This document shows, piece by piece, positions 26,562 to 34,809 of a stretch of DNA of 47,630 nucleotides (position 1 is the stretch's first letter; every line of letters begins with the position of its first letter). The notes beneath the pieces were generated by a model, which had not been told where the DNA came from, ran no database searches, and saw nothing but the letters and a program-made list of their open reading frames with translations. Origin of the DNA: an archaeon BMS3Bbin15 (GTDB lineage Archaea; Hydrothermarchaeota; Hydrothermarchaeia; Hydrothermarchaeales; BMS3B). The translations under genes and the position numbers were made by a program. The stretch spans positions 1-47,630 of the forward strand of contig BDTY01000099.1 in NCBI GenBank assembly GCA_002897955.1. The letters are read 5' to 3'.

Positions 26562-27431
26562 ATGGTTGATTTAATAGTTAGCGGTAGTAGCTGTCAGGTT
26601 TTATCAAGAGAGATATCTGATGAACTCAATATTGAGCTTGCCATGGTTGAAAGTGGGCGCTTTCCTGATGGTGAACTCTATCTCAGAGTGGACAGCGATG
26701 TCAAGGGCAGGGACGTAGCTATTGTGCAGAGCACTTCAAAGCATCAGGATTCAAACCTGTTTGAACTCCTTTCTCTTCTTGAAACAATTAAAAGAGAGGG
26801 AGCCAGAGAGGTGACTGCAGTTGTGCCTTACTTTGGCTACGGCAGGCAGGACAGAAGCTTTGCATCAGGAGAAGCTATCACCTCCAGGGTAATAGCAGAA
26901 TTAATATCAAAGTATGCCGACAAATTTATCTCTCTAAACCTGCATAAAAGTACAATTCTTGACTTTTTTGATATTGAAGCTCTGGAAGGAGATGTTACTC
27001 CAGCTATAGCTGAATACTACTCTACCTTTGGTGTTAAAGATGCTGTGATTATATCGCCAGATAAGGGGGCATCTGGTCTTGCAAAGAATCTCGGAAAGCA
27101 TCTAAAATGTGAATATGACCATCTTGAGAAGAAAAGGATTGGCCCTGGAAGAGTTAAAATTATGCCCAGTAATATAAACCTTAAGGGTAAAAACGTCATT
27201 ATATATGACGATATAATCGATTCGGGCGGCAGTATAGCCGGAGCAATAAAGCTGCTCCATAAGCAGGGGGCAGAGAACATTCTTACAGCATGTATTCACC
27301 CTGTACTATCCAACAATGCTATAACAAGGCTATTCACCTCAGGTGTAGTTGATCTGGTTGGTACAAACACAATTCCGAGCCAGATAAGCTTTATAACTGT
27401 CTCAGAAATAATTTCAAAGATGCTGAAATGA
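26562..27431 (+). CDS. prs: Ribose-phosphate pyrophosphokinase
   Basis: 289 aa with RFPDGELYLR, VVPYFGYGRQDR and a PRPP-binding loop VIIYDDIIDSGGS. Confidence 0.9.
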   Translation: MVDLIVSGSSCQVLSREISDELNIELAMVESGRFPDGELYLRVDSDVKGRDVAIVQSTSKHQDSNLFELLSLLETIKREGAREVTAVVPYFGYGRQDRSFASGEAITSRVIAELISKYADKFISLNLHKSTILDFFDIEALEGDVTPAIAEYYSTFGVKDAVIISPDKGASGLAKNLGKHLKCEYDHLEKKRIGPGRVKIMPSNINLKGKNVIIYDDIIDSGGSIAGAIKLLHKQGAENILTACIHPVLSNNAITRLFTSGVVDLVGTNTIPSQISFITVSEIISKMLK

Positions 27432-27578
27432 ACCCTTTTGAAGCTCTTGAGGTTGGCGTGGGGGCTCAGGCAGATTTGCCTCAAATCTGGGAATTAGATA
27501 TGGCCTTAGTCCTTCTATTAATCTTTTGAAGATGGCCAAGTTGAGGGTATACGGGTAGTAAGAGGCGAAGGCTACACT

Positions 27579-28058
27579 CTATAGCCATTTCATACTTCTT
27601 TTATACTTAGTGGGACTTTCTCCTTCTTCAAGTTTCCTGAAGATATACAGATGCTCGTGAGCAATTAGCAGGAAGTCATATTTACATAGCCAGCTCTCTC
27701 GTGTTGTCTTCATCTTCCACTGGAGCTTTATAACTTCCTCACGCAGAATAAAGCCAGCATCGAGGAAGGCAAGAAGCACTCTTGTAGCTATGGGCACATA
27801 GTGCTTATATTTGCGGGTGTTTCCAATCAGCACGGCGCAGTGCTTCCCAGGCTTGAGCACGCGGTAGCACTCCTCAGCAACCCTGGCCATCTCTTTTATA
27901 TATTCTTCAAGCTTGAACGAGGATAAATCTCCAGGTATGCGCTTTGCAGAGTATGGAATTATGCCAGCGTAGGGTAGATGTGTGGCAATCAGGTCTATGC
28001 TTTCATCTGTAATCAGGTTCAGGTTGCACGCATCTCCGCCATTTTTAGATGTAATAAA
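27579..28058 (-). pseudogene. 5'-truncated DNA methyltransferase fragment (motif IV onward)
   Basis: The open frame extends upstream of the annotated 103-aa ORF: ...GGDACNLNLITDESIDLIATHLPYAGIIPYSAKRIPGDLSSFKLEEYIKEMARVAEECYRVLKPGKHCAVLIGNTR... The catalytic (D/N/S/T)PPY-type motif is degenerated to THLPY. No start codon exists upstream of the internal Met at 27890, and the SAM-binding motif I region is absent. The frame is closed by a TAA at 28059-28061. Confidence 0.6.
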
Positions 28059-28098
28059 TTATACTGATGATAATTGGTTGCGATTTTGATTTTTATGA

Positions 28099-28425
28099 CA
28101 TGATAGGGAAAAATTAAGAGAAGAATTAGTTCAAACTGGAGATTTAGATGAATACAAACAATTTATTAAATAATCTTTACAAGAAATGAGCAGAGTTCTA
28201 CGAAAAGAAAAATATTGTATTGTTGAGGTAGGTGATGTTCGACATAAGTCAAAGAAACTTTATCTTGATAGGGTTATTGTTGAGTTAGTTGGAGATATGG
28301 ATTTAAAAGTTGAAAAAATAATGATTAATTACATGAATGTTCCTAAAATATCAAGAGCATTTAGAAGAAAAGAAGAATAGCAAGGTACTAAAACTAATAG
28401 GTGTATTATCATGAAGAAAATTTAA
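28099..28425 (+). pseudogene. Decayed C-terminal fragment of a second DNA methyltransferase
   Basis: A single frame reads HDREKLREELVQTGDLDEYKQFIK*SLQEMSRVLRKEKYCIVEVGDVRHK...ISRAFRRKEE*QGTKTNRCIIMKKI*. It has two in-frame stops (TAA 28171-28173 and TAG after 28377). The E..RVL(K/R) post-motif-IV pattern is present. There is no N-terminal half. Confidence 0.5.
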
Positions 28426-29231
28426 TTTTTAAAGTCTGATAATCTTACTTCTTGAAGGGTATTTTTTAGTCGTTGTTCAATAATTTTGTTGTAAACAGGA
28501 GAAAGTTCAAAACCAAGATATTTTCTTCTGTTTTTTTTAGCAGAAACTGCAACAGTTCCAGAACCCATAAATGGGTCAAAAACGACCTCATTTTTGTTTG
28601 AACTTGCTTTAACAAAAATATCAATTAACTTTACAGGTAATTGGCAAACATGCTCGGTTTTATCTTTGTTTACATTCTTCACAATATTCATCTCAATAAT
28701 GTCTTCACCATTATAATCAAACTTAAAAACGTCGTAAGGTGTTTTTCCTTTTGATCCTTTTTCAATTAATTTTTTAATTCGTTTATCAGTTGGATTTCTA
28801 TAAGGTTCTGCAATTGCATCTTTATTAAATGTGCAATCACTTTGCTTTTTTGCTTTAATATAAAATAAAATACTATGTTGTGTTCTTGTGAAATTATACT
28901 TAGAATGACCTGTATTTGTTGGATAATGCCATGTCATCCAACGCTTAAATAGAAGATGTTCATCCAAGAAAGGCATCAGATAAGCATTATTTTCTGGATA
29001 GTTAAAAAGATAAAGGCTACCTCCTAACTTCAATATTCTTATACATTCTGAAAGCCATTTCTTACACCATTCTATATATTCTTCTTTTGATTTTTTATCT
29101 TTATATGGGCTGTTATATTGTTTACCAATATTGAAAGGAGGATCTGTAATAATTAAGTCTACCGAGTTGTCAGGAATTCTTTTTTTCATTCCCTCTACAC
29201 AATCCTCATTGTAAATTTTGTTGGTTTCCAT
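28422..29231 (-). CDS. Beta-class N6-adenine/N4-cytosine DNA methyltransferase (intact)
   Basis: Motif IV DLIITDPPFNIG lies near the N-terminus and motif I VFDPFMGSGTVAVSA near the C-terminus; RILKLGGSLYLF is also present. 269 aa. The region is very AT-rich. Confidence 0.85.
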   Translation of the reverse strand: METNKIYNEDCVEGMKKRIPDNSVDLIITDPPFNIGKQYNSPYKDKKSKEEYIEWCKKWLSECIRILKLGGSLYLFNYPENNAYLMPFLDEHLLFKRWMTWHYPTNTGHSKYNFTRTQHSILFYIKAKKQSDCTFNKDAIAEPYRNPTDKRIKKLIEKGSKGKTPYDVFKFDYNGEDIIEMNIVKNVNKDKTEHVCQLPVKLIDIFVKASSNKNEVVFDPFMGSGTVAVSAKKNRRKYLGFELSPVYNKIIEQRLKNTLQEVRLSDFKN

Positions 29232-29232
29232 T

Positions 29233-29493
29233 TTACATCAGTTGAAGAACTTTTTTACCATCTTCGGTAATCTGATATAATCGTCCTCTTTTATCTTCTT
29301 CATTAAGACATCTTACAAGTTTATTGTCTTTAAATTCTTTGAGGAAAATCGAAACGTGATTAACGACGATTCCAGTTTCTTTTGATATTTCAGTGGGAGT
29401 TAAAACTTTTCCTCTGTCAAGTAATTTTAAGATATTTACTCTATTTTCACTTGTTTTGAGCAATTGAAGACCTTTTATCATAAGCTTATCCAT
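29233..29493 (-). CDS. Small winged-helix (ArsR/MarR-like) regulator, candidate controller of the MTase module
   Basis: 86 aa. NRVNILKLLDRGKVLTPTEISKETGIVVNHVSIFLKEFKDNKLVRCL...GRLYQITEDGKKVL fits helix-turn-helix plus wing. Its stop lies 1 nt before the MTase start. Confidence 0.65.
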   Translation of the reverse strand: MDKLMIKGLQLLKTSENRVNILKLLDRGKVLTPTEISKETGIVVNHVSIFLKEFKDNKLVRCLNEEDKRGRLYQITEDGKKVLQLM

Positions 29494-29567
29494 GTAGTAT
29501 ATTAAACACTACTTCTTTTTACTGTTATTTACTACTTACACACAACTTATATATAAATCATTATGTG

Positions 29568-29587
29568 ATAAACTGTATATAAACTGT
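29568..29587. promoter_or_regulatory. Tandem 9-bp direct repeat (ATAAACTGT x2, 11-bp period), candidate operator upstream of the 220-aa gene
   Basis: ATAAACTGT occurs at 29568-29576 and again at 29579-29587. This is immediately upstream of a TATA-like TATAATAAA (29597-29605), which lies ~24 nt before ATG 29625. It sits in the divergent intergenic region shared with the wHTH-MTase operon. Confidence 0.35.
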
Positions 29588-29624
29588 GAAAAGCAGTATA
29601 ATAAATGATGATTATCTTTAATCA

Positions 29625-30287
29625 ATGCCTGAAGAGAACAAGATTGATACTGTTATTGAATTAAAAATTAAATCTCCAAAAAATATTTATCATGAGTTAG
29701 CTGTTGCATTAGAGCCATACAAAGAAAGGCCAACTTGTTCTGTGGAATTTATTGTTGAAGGTACAAAAGACCGACCAACAATTGGAATTAGATACCCAGG
29801 CCGTAAGGCGCTTAACAGAGTAAGAGCCGGAAGGATTAAGAAGGTAAGAGCAAACTCTGCAGAATGGGCAAATCTTTTTGATTTTTTAGTAATTCCATAT
29901 GTTAGTGGAAAAGAACTGACGCAAGGAGAATTTACATTTGAAAAGATTCTACGGGATTTTCAGGACAACAAAAGAAAAAGTGAAGAATTCTGGGAATTAA
30001 TAGAGGAACTCTATAAACATAACACCATTAGTAAAGAACCACCAAAATTGCCCGGTATTGATTCAAAATTATATTTGCTTGTTTTGAAATGGATATGGAT
30101 TCAGGAAGATTTTAATTACAAGTTGGGCTGGCAGGATGTTAATTCTCATATTCGTTATGTTTTGGAAACAAGAACAGGAACATCTACTTCAAAAGGCGCT
30201 GGAAGAGGAAAATTTTACGCAGCTCTAATTCTGTTAAAGCATAATTTCAATTTTGACGTAGTGAAAAAGATCATACCTCTCTATTAG
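29625..30287 (+). CDS. Hypothetical 220-aa protein, candidate restriction endonuclease or effector of the MTase module
   Basis: A long clean ORF in an AT-rich island, divergent from the wHTH-MTase operon. I recognise no motif. Notable segments are CSVEFIVEGTKDRPTIGIRY, LVLKWIWIQEDFNYKLGW and TSKGAGRGKFYAAL. Confidence 0.6.
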   Translation: MPEENKIDTVIELKIKSPKNIYHELAVALEPYKERPTCSVEFIVEGTKDRPTIGIRYPGRKALNRVRAGRIKKVRANSAEWANLFDFLVIPYVSGKELTQGEFTFEKILRDFQDNKRKSEEFWELIEELYKHNTISKEPPKLPGIDSKLYLLVLKWIWIQEDFNYKLGWQDVNSHIRYVLETRTGTSTSKGAGRGKFYAALILLKHNFNFDVVKKIIPLY

Positions 30288-30370
30288 AATGACTTACAAA
30301 TTTTCACACTCATTATTAACTCTTTTAAAAGAGTAATGTGGATTTTGTAAGTGGTTGAGAATTGTATGAT

Positions 30371-30571
30371 TTAATAATCTAAAATGCTATATAGTTCTAT
30401 ATTGAAAGTAGTTAGGGATTTAGTATTCTTATCAGGCCCTATCAAGAAATCAATAAACTCTCTAACATCAAAAATAATGATTTCTAATTCAGTGAAATTT
30501 AATATAAAATCTCTAATAAATGAGTCATAGTCAGTCTTTTTTTTACAAAAGAGTTTCTTTAATATTTTCAA
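30371..30571 (-). CDS. Hypothetical small protein (66 aa), doubtful
   Basis: AT-rich ORF starting at TTG. It is in the same frame as the 30581-30763 ORF, separated by one TAG and three codons. No motif. Confidence 0.25.
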   Translation of the reverse strand: MKILKKLFCKKKTDYDSFIRDFILNFTELEIIIFDVREFIDFLIGPDKNTKSLTTFNIELYSILDY

Positions 30572-30580
30572 GGAAATTAA

Positions 30581-30763
30581 CTAAGTAAACTGAATTTGGG
30601 TTCGGGGCTGTTTCTGTATTATCTGCCAAACATGTCGCTTAGTTTTAAGTAGTGGTTTGCATATCACTTCATGAAGCTCAGTCACAGCGACATCGAGAAT
30701 ATTTGTTCTTAGAGTTGTCAGGTATGTGTCTGGCACTAAGTCTGTAGCTGGGCAATATGACAT
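30581..30763 (-). CDS. Hypothetical 60-aa ORF, possibly the 5' stump of a gene truncated by the AT-rich island
   Basis: Composition resembles the host rather than the island. The ORF ends exactly where the AT-rich sequence begins. It shares the strand of the methyltransferase fragment at 27579-28058. Confidence 0.3.
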   Translation of the reverse strand: MSYCPATDLVPDTYLTTLRTNILDVAVTELHEVICKPLLKTKRHVWQIIQKQPRTQIQFT

Positions 30764-30853
30764 GATAGCCTCTTTAAAATCGAACGTGTTTATATATACT
30801 ATAGACGAAGAATATAGGATAAAATATCAAGAAAATTTCAGGAGGATTAAAAT

Positions 30854-31114
30854 ATGAAAGGAAGAATACTGGCCTTCAGGCAAAGCAGACGGGTGAGCAA
30901 TCCACGCTATGCGGTTGTGAAACCTTCAATTGAAGGAAACTACATTGGCAGGAAGGTAGTGTACACCACGCTGACAGGAAAAAAGATAGCCGGCAAGGTC
31001 AGAAAACACCACGGCAATGCACTGCTGGTATGCTTCTCCCGCGGGCTTCCTGGGCTGGCACTGGGGAGTGATGTGGAGTTCATACCGTCATCAAAAGCCG
31101 AAGAGAAATCTTAG
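30854..31114 (+). CDS. rpl35ae: Ribosomal protein eL33 (L35Ae)
   Basis: 86 aa. GRILAFRQSRR...AVVKPSIEG...IGRKVVYTT.TGKKIAGKVRKHHGNALLVCFSRGLPG.ALG matches the L35Ae pattern. An AGGAGG lies 8 nt upstream. Confidence 0.8.
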   Translation: MKGRILAFRQSRRVSNPRYAVVKPSIEGNYIGRKVVYTTLTGKKIAGKVRKHHGNALLVCFSRGLPGLALGSDVEFIPSSKAEEKS

Positions 31115-31170
31115 GCTGACAGAAATTTTGAAAAGCCAGGAAATATGGCGCATTTTCCTCACACCAGAAC

Positions 31171-31956
31171 CTACTCCTCAGAAAGAGATGCAAAAGCTCT
31201 TAGAAACTCCTCCTCCATAAAGTGAAACTCTGCAGGGATTATAAGAGTGTGAGGTGGTCTGCCAAGGTCTTCTTCCAGCAATTTTCTGATACTGCCCGCT
31301 TTTAGTTTGAACTCAGGCGCTCCCGCCCTTGAAACAACCACAGCAATAGTTTCAGTATTAATAACCCCCTCCTTTTTTCTATCTTCAAGCTTCAGCAAAA
31401 TTTCAAGAGCTTCCTTTGCATGCATAAGATAGGTTCCGCTCTTCTCAACCTTAATATCAAGGAAGAGCATTGTATGAAGCCCCATCTTCATATTTGCCTT
31501 AACTGTAGTGTAAGGTGTTTCTGAAAAAAACCTTTCTTCAGGTCTTGCAATACTTGCACTCCTGCCAAATTTATAATTCTGCAGTCCTGCAAGAGAGGGT
31601 GCAGCGGAGTAAATCGAGGCGTTGTTCACAACTCTAACTTCAATTTCTGACTCTCTGGCATCAAGAAGGAGGTGTACGTGAGTTGTGGATATAAGAGCGT
31701 CACCAGCCACCAGCAGTGAAACCTTGCTCTTCTTTGCCCTCTCCAGTATTACTTTTTCTCCCTCCTCTTCAATATCGCTTCTTGAAAGCAGCCTAACCTT
31801 TCTGCCTATAATTTTCTCCAGCCTATCCAGATTCAAACCAGGCATAACTGATGTATAGAACTCAGCAAAAATATAGTCGCTGCTTCTCGCCTCTTCGAGG
31901 CCCATTAAAGTTATATCCTTCTCACTGTAAAGTCCCAGGCCAATAAGCACAAGCAT
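31171..31956 (-). CDS. dphB: Diphthine synthase
   Basis: MLVLIGLGLYSEKDITLMGLEEARSSDYIFAEFYTS, LVAGDALISTTH; tetrapyrrole-methylase fold; 261 aa. Confidence 0.85.
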   Translation of the reverse strand: MLVLIGLGLYSEKDITLMGLEEARSSDYIFAEFYTSVMPGLNLDRLEKIIGRKVRLLSRSDIEEEGEKVILERAKKSKVSLLVAGDALISTTHVHLLLDARESEIEVRVVNNASIYSAAPSLAGLQNYKFGRSASIARPEERFFSETPYTTVKANMKMGLHTMLFLDIKVEKSGTYLMHAKEALEILLKLEDRKKEGVINTETIAVVVSRAGAPEFKLKAGSIRKLLEEDLGRPPHTLIIPAEFHFMEEEFLRAFASLSEE

Positions 31957-31988
31957 AATATTAATAGTTTTAATGCAATATAAAACTC

Positions 31989-32999
31989 ATGGCTCTTGCT
32001 GTTAAGATTGGAAAAGAGAAGGCAGAGGAAACAAGAAAGAAGCTTATTGAATCTAACCTCTTTGATTCAGAATATAAAATTCTGATTAATGGAAACTACG
32101 TACTTCTCCCAGTAATTGGAAAGCCTGAGGGCTTTGAGGTTGTTGATATTCCCCTTAAGAAGAGAAAAAAAAGAAAGAGCTTCCGGGACAGACTTGGTGA
32201 AATTCTAACAGAAAATGAGATTTCACAGGTTAGAACTTCATTTGACCTTATTGGTGATATTGCAGTAGTTGAAATTCCACCTGACCTGGAAAAAAAAGAA
32301 AAGGAAATAGCCAGGGCACTTTTAGACTCCGTAAAGGCTGTGAAGGCTGTTTTTAAGAAAGAAGGTTCGGTTTATGGCAGTGAGAGGATCAGAAAATTAA
32401 AATACCTTGCAGGAGAGCACAGGAGTGAGACGGTACATACTGAAAACGGAATAAAACTCAAGCTGGATATAAAAGAGGTTTACTTTTCACCGAGGTTGAG
32501 CTATGAAAGACTCAGAGTACTCAGCAGGGTGAATGACGGTGAGATTATAGTCGACCTTTTTGCAGGAATAGGCCCTTTTGCATTACTCATTGCGAAAAAC
32601 AGAAAAGTAAAGGTTTATGCAATGGACATAAATGCTAGGGCCATAGAGTATCTTAAAGAGAATGTTAAACTGAATAGACTCGAGGGAGAGGTTATTGTAA
32701 TTCATGGTGATGCTATGAAGGTTGCTCCACAGAGAGTAGCTGACAGGGTTATTATGAACCTTCCGAAGAAAAGTCACGAATTTTTACCCCTTGCTTTTGA
32801 CGTATTGAAAGAAAAGGGAGGGGTGATTCACTTCTACACAATTGCTCCTGAGGAGGAGCTTTTCGCACAAGGTGAGAGAATCATTAAGAGAACAGCAGAG
32901 GAAAAAGGAGTTATTGCTAGAATAGAGAATAGCAAGGTTGTTAGAAGCTACTCACCGGGAAATTACCATGTGGTATTTGATATCAGAGTTGTTTCATAA
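31989..32999 (+). CDS. trm5: tRNA (guanine37-N1)-methyltransferase Trm5 / Met-10+ family
   Basis: FDLIGDIAVVEIP, VYFSPRLSYER, VDLFAGIGPFALLIA and DRVIMNLP motifs; 336 aa. Confidence 0.75.
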   Translation: MALAVKIGKEKAEETRKKLIESNLFDSEYKILINGNYVLLPVIGKPEGFEVVDIPLKKRKKRKSFRDRLGEILTENEISQVRTSFDLIGDIAVVEIPPDLEKKEKEIARALLDSVKAVKAVFKKEGSVYGSERIRKLKYLAGEHRSETVHTENGIKLKLDIKEVYFSPRLSYERLRVLSRVNDGEIIVDLFAGIGPFALLIAKNRKVKVYAMDINARAIEYLKENVKLNRLEGEVIVIHGDAMKVAPQRVADRVIMNLPKKSHEFLPLAFDVLKEKGGVIHFYTIAPEEELFAQGERIIKRTAEEKGVIARIENSKVVRSYSPGNYHVVFDIRVVS

Positions 33000-33106
33000 G
33001 CTATATGCAGCGTTTGTAACCTGCTCGAATTTCTGACACTCTAAATCCAATCTTCTACCCATATCCCGGCACTAATTTTAAATATCATTGTATAGTTCTT
33101 AATCTA

Positions 33107-33814
33107 ATGAAACTTCTTGTAAGTCCCTACACTGTTGAAGAAGCAGGAGAAGTTCTTAAAGGCAGGGCTGATATTATAGACGTAAAGAACCCGAAGGAAG
33201 GCAGTCTTGGCGCCAACTTTCCCTGGGTTATCAGAGACATAGTCTCCATTGCAGAAGGCAAAGCAGAGACCAGCGCCACTATGGGAGACCTTAAATTCAA
33301 ACCAGGGCAGGCATCTCAGGCAGCATTCGGTCTCTCTCTGCTTGGTATTGACTACATAAAGGCAGGGCTTGCTTTCACTGGCATGGAAAGGGCTGAAGAA
33401 ATGGCCAGAAGTATAGTGAAGGCTGTTGAAGGGAGAACAAAGGTTATAATTGCAGGCTATGCTGATTATGCACTTATTAAAACACTTTCTCCTCTCGAAC
33501 TTCCCGCTATCGCAGAGAAGGCAGGTGCTCATGGCGTTATGATTGACACTTTTACCAAGAAAGGGAGAGGACTATTTGACTTTATGAGTGAAGAGGAACT
33601 CTCAGTTTTTATTGAGGAGGCACACAGCAAAAATCTTGAGGTTGCTCTTGCCGGGTCTCTGAAGGAGGAGCAGATTTTAAGAGTTAAAAAGCTTGGAGCA
33701 GATATAGCCGGTGTCAGGGGAGCAGTATGCTCTGGAGGGGATAGGGTTAACGGTAAAATTTCTATAGAAAGAGTTAAGGAGCTGAAAAAGATATGCAGTG
33801 CCAAAAGCCTGTAA
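33107..33814 (+). CDS. mfnB: (5-formylfuran-3-yl)methyl phosphate synthase (methanofuran biosynthesis, MfnB)
   Basis: MKLLVSPYTVEEA......ADIIDVKNPKEGSLGANFPWVI, GVMIDT..K and LAGSL motifs of the DUF556/MfnB TIM-barrel family; 235 aa. Confidence 0.8.
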   Translation: MKLLVSPYTVEEAGEVLKGRADIIDVKNPKEGSLGANFPWVIRDIVSIAEGKAETSATMGDLKFKPGQASQAAFGLSLLGIDYIKAGLAFTGMERAEEMARSIVKAVEGRTKVIIAGYADYALIKTLSPLELPAIAEKAGAHGVMIDTFTKKGRGLFDFMSEEELSVFIEEAHSKNLEVALAGSLKEEQILRVKKLGADIAGVRGAVCSGGDRVNGKISIERVKELKKICSAKSL

Positions 33815-33885
33815 ACTACAGAATAAAATAACTTTGCAGATATAAAATTGAAAAAATAGAAATAAAAGAGTTAGAAGTAGGCTTT

Positions 33886-34074
33886 TTAGCAGGAATCGTG
33901 AGAAATTGCACTCTGAGGGCAACCCTCAATACATGCACAACACTCTATGCAATCGTCCATATTGACTGCTTCACTCTTATTGTCATCGTTGAGTTCATAT
34001 ACACCAGCGGGACATACGTCCACACAGCTTCCGCATCCGATACATGCATCTAAATCAATCTTTATAGAAACCAT
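33886..34074 (-). CDS. 2x[4Fe-4S] ferredoxin
   Basis: 62 aa with CIGCGSCVDVCP and CIECCACIEGCP. Confidence 0.8.
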   Translation of the reverse strand: MVSIKIDLDACIGCGSCVDVCPAGVYELNDDNKSEAVNMDDCIECCACIEGCPQSAISHDSC

Positions 34075-34174
34075 ATACTTGGACCTCCTTTTGCAATAAT
34101 CGATTATAAGAATAACAAAAGAAAATAATTATTGAAGAGTTAGATTTAATAAGATGTGGGAGAATTAAAAATTA

Positions 34175-34807
34175 ATGACTCTCAAGCTCGACCTTCACAT
34201 TCACTCAGGATACTCCAAGGACTCGCGAATGGAAGTGAAAAGAATAATAGAGATTGCAAAGAGCAGAGGTTTGAGCGGTATAGCAATAACAGACCACAAC
34301 TCTGCTGAAGGTGGATTTCATGGCAGGAAAATTGCCGGAGATGATTTTACAGTTATACCGGGTGAAGAGGTTCTTACCAGCAGAGGCGAAGTTCTGTGTC
34401 TATTCCTCAATGATGAGGTCAAAACAAGAGAATTCTACGAGGTTGTGGATGAGGTGCATTCCCAGGACGGGCTATGTATAGCCCCCCACCCCTTTGACTT
34501 ATTCAGAATCAACAGATTAAAGGGTATCGAGAAACTCTACAAAAATCTTGATGGGATTGAGGTTTTCAATGCCAGATGTGCCTTTGAGAGCTGCAACATA
34601 AAAGCACTGGAATTTGCTCTGAAAAAGAAAATGCTTATGACAGCAGGAAGTGATGCCCACAACTACGGCGAGATAGGTTCGGCCGGAGTTGCTGTTAAGG
34701 ATATAGAGGATATAAGGAAGGGTAAAACTGAGATTTTCGGGAGCGCCTCAGGATTTTTCCAGTTAATAAAAACAAAAATTTATAAGAGTTTTGGTATAGA
34801 GGTTTAA
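34175..34807 (+). CDS. PHP-domain metal-dependent phosphoesterase
   Basis: LDLHIHSGYSKDS, IAITDHNS, APHPFD and AGSDAHN motifs; 210 aa. Confidence 0.7.
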   Translation: MTLKLDLHIHSGYSKDSRMEVKRIIEIAKSRGLSGIAITDHNSAEGGFHGRKIAGDDFTVIPGEEVLTSRGEVLCLFLNDEVKTREFYEVVDEVHSQDGLCIAPHPFDLFRINRLKGIEKLYKNLDGIEVFNARCAFESCNIKALEFALKKKMLMTAGSDAHNYGEIGSAGVAVKDIEDIRKGKTEIFGSASGFFQLIKTKIYKSFGIEV

Positions 34808-34809
34808 TC

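Noticed and set aside
27432-27578. Searched the prs-proximal edge of the island, and the other insertion edges, for a tRNA gene or tRNA 3' fragment acting as an integration site.
   Set aside because: No cloverleaf-compatible sequence or GGTTCGAATCC-like T-arm was seen. There is only a weak 5-bp hairpin (AGGCA/TGCCT) after the prs stop.
29604-29632. C-box-like ATGATGA and D-box-like CTGA, suggesting a C/D box sRNA.
   Set aside because: The elements are only ~20 nt apart with no C'/D' boxes or terminal stem, and the span overlaps the start codon of the 220-aa ORF.
30371-30763. The 60-aa and 66-aa minus-strand ORFs share one frame and are separated by a single TAG, which could mean pyrrolysine or read-through.
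   Set aside because: The TAG coincides with an abrupt shift from host-like to AT-rich composition. The downstream half starts at TTG and has no motif. There are no pyl genes or methylamine methyltransferase context here. It is more simply an island boundary truncating a gene.
31017-31220. 67-aa plus-strand ORF overlapping the 3' end of rpl35ae and the 3' end of dphB.
   Set aside because: It is out of frame with the well-supported eL33 gene and has no motif. It is likely spurious.
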